From a virus (taxonomy: Duplodnaviria; Caudoviricetes): 64,000 nt of DNA. The stretch's first letter is position 1; each line of letters opens with the position of its first letter. The position numbers and the translations under genes are program-made. The notes below the pieces were generated by a model that saw nothing but the letters and a program-made list of their open reading frames with translations, was not told the origin of the DNA and did no database searches. Location: positions 64,001 through 128,000 of IMG/VR virus record IMGVR_UViG_3300033120_000574. One strand, written 5' to 3'. Shown in pieces: positions 57,081 to 62,162 of the stretch.

Positions 57081-57108
57081 ATTTTAAGAACCACCAACAA
57101 CGTTGGTA

Positions 57109-57195
57109 TGGAGAACAGACGAATCGAACGCCACACCCTTTTGAGGTGCCCACTCACTTCCAATGAGGTCCAGTCCCAGACATGGTTTACTCTCC
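57109..57195 (-). tRNA. tRNA-Ser(GGA), 8/4 fold
   Basis: CTCA-TT-GGA-AG-TGAG; long variable arm. Confidence 0.75.
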
Positions 57196-57198
57196 AAA

Positions 57199-57284
57199 CG
57201 GTAGATAGAGGTATCGCGCCCCACACCCGAAAGGGTGCACACTGGTTTCAAAGCAGGTTCGGAGGCTTCTCCGATTTATCTACC
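57199..57284 (-). tRNA. tRNA-Ser(TGA), 8/4 fold
   Basis: TT-TGA-AA loop; GGTAGATA/TATCTACC acceptor; 6 bp D stem. Confidence 0.7.
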
Positions 57285-57286
57285 AA

Positions 57287-57829
57287 TCAACTTTCATCTA
57301 CCGCAAGATTCCAGTACAAGTAATCTTTCCACTCTTTTGGAGAGTTTGATAGACTTACCATGACTTTCTTCTTAGGAGACCAATCCGGTTTCGTAGGAAC
57401 ACTGTGCAGGCGCATCTTAGCCTCTGCAGGAGTCCTATCCGCCTTCTTACTGTTGCAAGTCAAGCAAGACGTTGTGATGTTGTCCCACACTGTCTTACCA
57501 CCCTTAGAGCGGGGCAAAACGTGGTCATACGTCAACTTGCTCATAGTGAATGGCTTGTTGCAGTACTGACAAGTGTAGTTGTCTCTTGCGAAGACATTCA
57601 TCCTAGAGAACTTGATTTTCTCTTTCTTAGGCTTTACATAGGTTGTCAACCTAAGTACAGCAGGACAACACATAGTGTGATTTGCACTCTTTAGTTCAAA
57701 ATCAGGGTATTCCTCTATTATGTCAACTTTCTTCTCAAACCAAAGAACTATGGCTCTTTGCCAAGTAAGAATCTTCATTGGCTCGTACGTAGCGTTCAGT
57801 AACAAGACTTTATGTTCTTCAGCTAGCAT
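57287..57829 (-). CDS. HNH endonuclease (McrA-like)
   Basis: VLLLNATYEP, RD.YTCQYC, T.DHVLPRSKGG..VWDN...C..CN..K. Confidence 0.9.
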   Translation of the reverse strand: MLAEEHKVLLLNATYEPMKILTWQRAIVLWFEKKVDIIEEYPDFELKSANHTMCCPAVLRLTTYVKPKKEKIKFSRMNVFARDNYTCQYCNKPFTMSKLTYDHVLPRSKGGKTVWDNITTSCLTCNSKKADRTPAEAKMRLHSVPTKPDWSPKKKVMVSLSNSPKEWKDYLYWNLAVDES

Positions 57830-57832
57830 AAA

Positions 57833-57905
57833 TCCACCTGGAGGGAGTTGAACCCACTCATGTCCGCTTATAAGACGGATGCCTAAACCGTTTGGCTTCA
57901 GGTGG
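57833..57905 (-). tRNA. tRNA-Ile(TAT)
   Basis: TCCGT-CT-TAT-AA-GCGGA. Confidence 0.8.
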
Positions 57906-57908
57906 GTA

Positions 57909-57978
57909 TATCAGCATCGAGAATCGAACTCGAACGTTGAAGCGTATGAAACCTAACGACTAGCCACAGTATGCTGAT
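57909..57978 (-). tRNA. tRNA with CAT anticodon (Met or Ile2), reduced D arm
   Basis: ATCAGCA/TGCTGAT acceptor; AGGT-TT-CAT-AC-GCTT. Confidence 0.6.
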
Positions 57979-58003
57979 ATGCAGAGAACCTGCAAGGGAA
58001 AAT

Positions 58004-58077
58004 TGGGAGCGATCGCCGGAGTTGAACACGGTCCTGAAGCTTATGAGACTTCGGTGCAGCCCTTACACCACCACGCC
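58004..58077 (-). tRNA. tRNA-Met(CAT), weak acceptor and T stems
   Basis: GAAGT-CT-CAT-AA-GCTTC; encoded CCA. Confidence 0.6.
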
Positions 58078-58078
58078 A

Positions 58079-58121
58079 TGTCCTAGGAGGGATTCGAACC
58101 CTCATGCTTTCGCTACACCAA
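58079..58121 (-). pseudogene. 3' half of a disrupted tRNA-Leu
   Basis: Variable arm GC-GAAA-GC, T arm GAGGG-TTCGAAT-CCCTC, acceptor strand CTAGGAC-A; no anticodon loop. Confidence 0.7.
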
Positions 58122-58149
58122 GTAAAGGACAACCAAAACAAGTATGCTA

Positions 58150-58234
58150 TAGAAACGAAGAGATTTGAACTCTTATGCACCTCACAGTGCGTTTGCGTTT
58201 GAAGCAAATGTGTAAACCATTCCACCACGTTTCC
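58150..58234 (-). tRNA. tRNA-Leu(CAA)
   Basis: TTTGC-TT-CAA-AC-GCAAA; long variable arm. Confidence 0.85.
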
Positions 58235-58244
58235 AAATAAATTT

Positions 58245-58673
58245 ATGCGAAAAAAGTATTCAAGGTACACTAAAGAGCAACTAGAACCTCTTGTTAAAGA
58301 GAGCAAATCCTATGCGGAAGTTATAAAGAAACTAGGTCTTAGGATTTGTGGAGGTAACTACGTGCTCCTACAAAGAAATATAGACAAGTTTCAAATCAGC
58401 TGTGAACATATGCTATTCCAAGCAGCGAACCAAGGAAGAGAATTTGTAAAATATGAAGAAATTTCGACGCACGCAGCTATAAAGAAACGTATTCTACGAG
58501 AACGAGGACTTGTCTGTGAGGGGTGTAATTTAGACACCTGGTTAGGTAAGCCTATTACCTTAGAGATGGATCATATAGATGGGGACAACAGGAACAACAC
58601 AAAAACAAACATAAGAATTTTGTGTCCAAATTGTCACAGTCAAACTCCAACTTGGAAGAACAACAAGAAGTAA
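58245..58673 (+). CDS. HNH endonuclease, antisense to the tRNA operon
   Basis: CEGC...LEMDHIDGDNRNN...NIRILCPNCHSQT. Confidence 0.9.
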   Translation: MRKKYSRYTKEQLEPLVKESKSYAEVIKKLGLRICGGNYVLLQRNIDKFQISCEHMLFQAANQGREFVKYEEISTHAAIKKRILRERGLVCEGCNLDTWLGKPITLEMDHIDGDNRNNTKTNIRILCPNCHSQTPTWKNNKK

Positions 58674-58695
58674 GTACCAGTTCCACCACACGGAC
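58674..58695 (-). pseudogene. 5' half of a disrupted tRNA-Leu
   Basis: GTCCGTG-TGGTGGAACTGGTAC (Leu-type D arm) abutting the HNH stop codon. Confidence 0.65.
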
Positions 58696-58783
58696 ATTCA
58701 AAATTGGTTGCCAGTTTAACTGTTACGTAAAGCACTTCTAGCAAGAAGCTTAGATTTATATTGTCACCCTAATCCAAGGGTGT

Positions 58784-58863
58784 TGCAGTTGGAGAGATTC
58801 GAACTCTCATACCGAAGCGGGAAATCTTAAAGATCCTGTGTATGCCAATTCCACCACAACTGC
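58784..58863 (-). tRNA. tRNA-Leu(TAA)
   Basis: TT-TAA-GA loop, Leu-type D arm; weak anticodon stem. Confidence 0.75.
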
Positions 58864-58877
58864 ATTTAGTTTATCAA

Positions 58878-58961
58878 TGACACAGGTGAGAGTCGAACTC
58901 ACAAGAGGAATTACCCACAACAGTTTCTAAGACTGCCCGCTCGCCGTTGGCGTACTGTGCC
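58878..58961 (-). tRNA. tRNA-Leu(TAG)
   Basis: GCAGT-CT-TAG-AA-ACTGT. Confidence 0.85.
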
Positions 58962-58966
58962 GTAAA

Positions 58967-59038
58967 TACCAGATTAGGGAATCGAACCCAACTATATCAC
59001 TGTGTAAAAGTGGTGCCTACCCAGTCAGCTTATCTGGC
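58967..59038 (-). tRNA. tRNA-Val(TAC)
   Basis: CACT-TT-TAC-AC-AGTG. Confidence 0.8.
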
Positions 59039-59043
59039 ATACT

Positions 59044-59115
59044 CGTTGTTGAAGAGAATCGAACTCTTATTTAAACTTTAGGAAAGTCTTGCTCTATCCG
59101 TTGAACTACAACAAC
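59044..59115 (-). tRNA. tRNA-Arg(CCT)
   Basis: AGACT-TT-CCT-AA-AGTTT. Confidence 0.85.
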
Positions 59116-59118
59116 AGA

Positions 59119-59143
59119 CGCTTTTGTTTGGACTTGAACCTAC
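59119..59143 (-). pseudogene. 3' end of a disrupted tRNA-Arg
   Basis: GG-TTCAAGT-CCAAA-CAAAAGC-G; acceptor strand pairs 7/7 with GCTTTTG at 59814-59820. Confidence 0.75.
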
Positions 59144-59146
59144 CAC

Positions 59147-59175
59147 TTGACGCCAAATCAAAATTGAATTATACC
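59147..59175 (+). promoter_or_regulatory. candidate promoter for the antisense HNH gene
   Basis: TTGACG-17 nt-TATACC. Confidence 0.4.
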
Positions 59176-59249
59176 GTCCTTGGTAGGAATCGAACCTACA
59201 AAATTGCTTGTTTAGAAGACAAGTGTTCTATCCGTTGAACTACAAGGAC
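59175..59249 (-). tRNA. tRNA-Arg(TCT)
   Basis: CTTGT-CT-TCT-AA-ACAAG. Confidence 0.88.
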
Positions 59250-59253
59250 AAAA

Positions 59254-59793
59254 ATGATATCAGTAACATGTGAAAACTGTAGCAAAGAATTCTTCAAGAA
59301 TAAGTCTGAAGCTGCTCGGAGCCCTAGACACTTTTGTAGCAGGTCTTGTGCAAATAGCAAGCACAACACCGAGAAAGCAAAACGAAGTAAGAAGCAAAGA
59401 ACATGTACTCTATGTACAAAGAGTTACATACAAACAAAAGCGAGACGCAAGATATGTGAAGTTTGTTTTGTTCCACCACTCTGTAAAGATAACATGACAC
59501 TCAGTCAGTGTAAGGACAAATTAAGTGTTCAAGGCAAGCACCCATCATGGTACACTGTGCACGTAAGAGGACATAATAGAACGAAGAATAAAAAGCTAGC
59601 TACTAGCTGCCAGAAATGTGGGTACAGTAAACATGTAGAGTGTTGTCATATCAAACCAGTCGCAAGTTTTGAAGGCAATGCAACGTTGGCTGAAATTAAT
59701 CATGTGGACAATATTGTTGTTTTATGTAGAAATTGTCACTGGGAGTTTGACCACAATCAACTAAGCATAGTAGATATTCCAAAGCGTAAGTAA
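59254..59793 (+). CDS. HNH endonuclease with N-terminal zinc fingers, antisense to the tRNA operon
   Basis: CENC...FCSRSC; CQKCGY...ECCHIKP...N..DN.VVLCRNCHWEFD. Confidence 0.9.
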   Translation: MISVTCENCSKEFFKNKSEAARSPRHFCSRSCANSKHNTEKAKRSKKQRTCTLCTKSYIQTKARRKICEVCFVPPLCKDNMTLSQCKDKLSVQGKHPSWYTVHVRGHNRTKNKKLATSCQKCGYSKHVECCHIKPVASFEGNATLAEINHVDNIVVLCRNCHWEFDHNQLSIVDIPKRK

Positions 59794-59795
59794 TT

Positions 59796-59820
59796 ACGCT
59801 ATCCTTTGTGCTACAAAAGC
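59796..59820 (-). pseudogene. 5' half of a disrupted tRNA-Arg
   Basis: GCTTTTG-TAGCACAAAGGATAGCGT (Arg-type D loop GGATA), next to the HNH stop codon. Confidence 0.75.
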
Positions 59821-59823
59821 AAG

Positions 59824-59896
59824 CCTAGGTAGAGGGATTTGAACCCCTCATTTCACGGTTCGTAGCCGCGCGTGGTATCCGTTACACTATACCTAG
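59824..59896 (-). tRNA. tRNA-Arg(ACG)
   Basis: CGCGG-CT-ACG-AA-CCGTG. Confidence 0.85.
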
Positions 59897-59899
59897 ATA

Positions 59900-59971
59900 A
59901 GCCGCCACAGGTACTTGAAACCTGTTTTCCTCCATACCAAGGAGGTACATCACCATATATGTTTTAGCGGC
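59900..59971 (-). tRNA. tRNA-Thr(GGT)
   Basis: CCTCC-TT-GGT-AT-GGAGG. Confidence 0.8.
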
Positions 59972-59974
59972 ACA

Positions 59975-60047
59975 TGGACAAGACTGGACTCGAACCAGCG
60001 GTCTTCTGAGTGCAAGTCAGAGGTTTTCCCAACTAAACTACTCGCCC
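59975..60047 (-). tRNA. tRNA-Ala(TGC)
   Basis: TCTGA-CT-TGC-AC-TCAGA; G3:U70 present. Confidence 0.88.
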
Positions 60048-60054
60048 AATTAAA

Positions 60055-60172
60055 ACTGACGAAATTGTTACCATTACAACACATTGCCACTGCAGTGAAT
60101 TCAAGACTAATCAAGCAAAATTACGCCCATAGTCTTAACAATGCTGGGAATCGAACCCAGGTCTTCGTACTT
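60055..60172 (-). ncRNA. circularly permuted tRNA-like RNA (YrlA/Y-RNA-like)
   Basis: Order is T arm, internally closed acceptor-like stem, D arm; the termini ACGAAG and TTTCGT pair. Confidence 0.6.
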
Positions 60173-60173
60173 C

Positions 60174-60241
60174 CACGTTATATAGGAATCGAACCTATGA
60201 TGAAAAGTTTTGGAGGCTTCTCTGTGCCCAGCACCTAACGT
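60174..60241 (-). tRNA. tRNA-Trp(CCA), reduced D arm
   Basis: CT-CCA-AA loop; D arm GTGC-TGG-GCAC; G73. Confidence 0.7.
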
Positions 60242-60259
60242 ATACAAGCTAAGATAAGA

Positions 60260-60331
60260 AGTGACTGACGGGAATTGAACCCGCTAATACCTGATTCACA
60301 ATCAAGCGCTTGGCCATTTAGCTTCAGCCAC
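60260..60331 (-). tRNA. tRNA-His(GTG)
   Basis: CTTGA-TT-GTG-AA-TCAGG. Confidence 0.85.
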
Positions 60332-60332
60332 A

Positions 60333-60403
60333 CGCTCCATAGGGGAATCGAACCCCTCTCAACTTGGAGACAACAAGTCCGCAACCCAGTTGCGCAATGG
60401 AGC
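60333..60403 (-). tRNA. tRNA-Asp(GTC)
   Basis: ACTTG-TT-GTC-TC-CAAGT; G73. Confidence 0.8.
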
Positions 60404-60458
60404 AGGCACGGCATCTTACTTTTTTGGGGTGCGTCAGCTAGCCGTAATCGACCCACAG

Positions 60459-60531
60459 TGCCATCGACTGGACTCGAACCAGCATTTATGTCCGGTTAAA
60501 AGCCGGGTACCAACCTTTAGGTGACGATGGC
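60459..60531 (-). tRNA. tRNA-Lys(TTT)
   Basis: CCGG-CT-TTT-AA-CCGG. Confidence 0.85.
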
Positions 60532-60534
60532 AAA

Positions 60535-60609
60535 TCCAAGCAGAAGGAATCGAACCTGTCAATCTCTCGCTTATCAGGCAAGCGTATATAACCACTATAC
60601 TATGCTTGG
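60535..60609 (-). tRNA. tRNA-Ile(GAT)
   Basis: CTTGC-CT-GAT-AA-GCGAG. Confidence 0.85.
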
Positions 60610-60614
60610 GTTAG

Positions 60615-60686
60615 TCCAGCTAAGAAGATTCGAACTTCTATTGTCCTGTACCCAAAACAGGTGGGTTACCGTTACCCTATAGCTAG
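60615..60686 (-). tRNA. tRNA-Pro(TGG)
   Basis: CCTGT-TT-TGG-GT-ACAGG; C1-G72. Confidence 0.85.
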
Positions 60687-60692
60687 ATGAAA

Positions 60693-60777
60693 TGCCCCAT
60701 GGAAGGAATCGAACCTCACAGCCTAACGGCACGTGGTTTACAGCCACGGGGATGTTCCAACATCCGGATCACAGGAC
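60693..60777 (-). tRNA. tRNA-Tyr(GTA), atypical fold
   Basis: CGTGG-CT-GTA-AA-CCACG; extended D stem GGATGTT/AACATCC. Confidence 0.7.
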
Positions 60778-60781
60778 AAAG

Positions 60782-60854
60782 TGCAACCTACTGGAATCGA
60801 ACCAATTTGTCTTGTTCTTCAGACAAGCGCATTAACCATAATTGCTTAGGTTGC
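60782..60854 (-). tRNA. tRNA-Phe(GAA)
   Basis: CTTGT-CT-GAA-GA-ACAAG. Confidence 0.85.
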
Positions 60855-60859
60855 ATTGA

Positions 60860-60934
60860 CTGGGACGGCAGGAGTCGAACCTGCAATCACTATATTAACA
60901 GTATAGCCGTCGCGCCGATATGACGAACATCCCA
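60860..60934 (-). tRNA. tRNA-Asn(GTT)
   Basis: CTATA-CT-GTT-AA-TATAG; G73. Confidence 0.85.
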
Positions 60935-60951
60935 ATAATCTAACTCTTATT

Positions 60952-60965
60952 CAGTTTTCAAAAAG
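60952..60965 (-). promoter_or_regulatory. rrn boxA-like antitermination motif
   Basis: CTTTTTGAAAACTG resembles the TCTTTGAAAAC boxA of many rRNA leaders. Confidence 0.45.
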
Positions 60966-61041
60966 TTTCCAGGGTAGGATTCGAACCTACGACCATCAGT
61001 TTCAAAGACTGAGTACACGTGCCAGCAGCGTAGACCTGGAA
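60966..61041 (-). tRNA. tRNA-Gln(TTG)
   Basis: TCAGT-CT-TTG-AA-ACTGA. Confidence 0.8.
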
Positions 61042-61042
61042 G

Positions 61043-61115
61043 TGGTAACGAAGGGAATCGAACCCTCTATGGCTTGCTTAAGAGGCAAGTGCTTATCCAG
61101 TTTAGCTTCGTTACC
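61043..61115 (-). tRNA. tRNA-Lys(CTT)
   Basis: CTTGC-CT-CTT-AA-GCAAG. Confidence 0.88.
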
Positions 61116-61144
61116 AAGAAGTAAGAGAACATCTTACTTCGGAT

Positions 61145-61173
61145 ATGCTATCACTTATCTTTTTCGTTGTCAA
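61145..61173 (-). promoter_or_regulatory. sigma70-type promoter of the tRNA operon
   Basis: TTGACA-17 nt-TAGCAT with extended TG, about 30 nt upstream of the first tRNA. Confidence 0.7.
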
Positions 61174-61552
61174 GAGAAATCGTAGCTAGGCGCTTTCTAG
61201 TATTCTCTATTCGCTTTGCTAGCCTGGAGTAGCCTAGTATGACTACTTTTGGCAGACCTGAGTCTTTTGTCAAGGCCAATTTGTCGGAGACAACACGAAG
61301 CATGTCAGGTACACGTGTAAACGAAGGCTCAGCTAAGAAGATGCAGGCTGCTGCCAACTCACCACTCAAAGCATCCACCAAGTTCTCCAGTTCGTCAAGG
61401 TCAGGATTCTCTTTTGTTGTCATCCCGGTATCTGCAAACATCTGGTGTAATGCTTGTGCAAACGCAACTGCGTCAGCTGCATACTCCAAAGCTTCCTTAC
61501 TTGGAGAAGATGACTCTAGAGACTCTATGATCTTGGAATAATTATCACTCAT
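61151..61552 (-). CDS. hypothetical helical protein
   Basis: 133 aa, ATGA-coupled to the RHH gene. Confidence 0.65.
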   Translation of the reverse strand: MSDNYSKIIESLESSSPSKEALEYAADAVAFAQALHQMFADTGMTTKENPDLDELENLVDALSGELAAACIFLAEPSFTRVPDMLRVVSDKLALTKDSGLPKVVILGYSRLAKRIENTRKRLATISLDNEKDK

Positions 61553-61728
61553 GATGCTTCTGGTGTTACCTTAGCTGGAAAACAGTCAGCTGGCAAGGAG
61601 CTAGCTACAACTCCCTCAATATATGCTGATACGCTAACACTCTGCTTCTCACAGTGAGTGCGTACTGCAGTGAGCACGTCAGGGTCAACAGTGATGGATG
61701 TACGAACTTTGGTTTCTTTCTTACTCAT
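61549..61728 (-). CDS. ribbon-helix-helix (CopG/Arc-like) DNA-binding protein
   Basis: Not in the ORF track (59 aa): MSKKETKVRTSITVDPDVLTAVRTHCEKQSVSVSAYIEGVV...; GAGG SD. Confidence 0.75.
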   Translation of the reverse strand: MSKKETKVRTSITVDPDVLTAVRTHCEKQSVSVSAYIEGVVASSLPADCFPAKVTPEAS

Positions 61729-61739
61729 TTATACCTCTA

Positions 61740-62153
61740 CTATAGTTGCTTCAGCCAATACAAAGCTTCTTCTCCACCCCAACGCCACTGTGGGATGTAC
61801 AATAGAAAGCCGCATTTTATCAAATTGTTGCTTGAATGAGGATTTGCCAACACTGTGTATGTGACAGCTTGTTGCATTCCTTGTTTCTTAGCCCAACGCA
61901 GTCTTGCATTTATTAGTTTGCCTTGCAAACCTTTTCCACGCCAAGCAGGTAAAACTCCTGCTCTGCAAAGAAACGCCAAATTACCGTCAAGCAACTTTAC
62001 GCCAGCATAAGCAACTGGCTTATCATCTTCGTATGCAATCCACCAATGAACATCATTTGTTACAACAGGCTGATCCTGTGCATAGTCAAATACAGTCGCA
62101 TCAAGTATCACTACTTGATTTATGTTGTTGACCTTGCGAATAGAGATGGCCAC
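61740..62153 (-). CDS. GNAT acetyltransferase
   Basis: V.P.WRGKGLQ.KL...R..WAK..G; N..S.NNL.KCGF. Confidence 0.85.
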   Translation of the reverse strand: MAISIRKVNNINQVVILDATVFDYAQDQPVVTNDVHWWIAYEDDKPVAYAGVKLLDGNLAFLCRAGVLPAWRGKGLQGKLINARLRWAKKQGMQQAVTYTVLANPHSSNNLIKCGFLLYIPQWRWGGEEALYWLKQL

Positions 62154-62162
62154 AGGGTAACC

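Noticed and set aside
56551-57092. CRISPR or mini-CRISPR reading of the repeated leader
   Set aside because: The repeat is only about 11-20 nt and degenerate, the intervening units vary widely in length and are self-closing helices, and no cas gene is present in the window.
58079-59820. Group I introns interrupting tRNA-Leu and tRNA-Arg
   Set aside because: The flanking halves lack the anticodon arm, so splicing could not restore a tRNA. The inserts are filled by the HNH gene and a tRNA, leaving no room for a ribozyme core.
60055-60172. tmRNA (one- or two-piece)
   Set aside because: The GAC plus T arm resembles a tmRNA 3' end, but there is no TCCACCA end, no GGGG 5' end and no tag reading frame.
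60404-60457. preQ1-like riboswitch (GGG...CCC-AAAAAAGTAA)
   Set aside because: The loop does not fit the preQ1 consensus and there is no downstream CDS to regulate.
55960-60923. Short ORF-track entries overlapping tRNA genes (e.g. 57953-58306, 59915-60238, 60235-60456)
   Set aside because: They are spurious translations of tRNA sequence.
56089-61115. Stop-codon reassignment
   Set aside because: No CTA, TTA or TCA anticodon was found, and genes are intact and end on TAA, TAG and TGA under the standard code.
61568-61596. Promoter TTGCCA-17-TAAGGT
   Set aside because: It lies inside the RHH coding sequence and the next gene is translationally coupled, so it may be a chance match.
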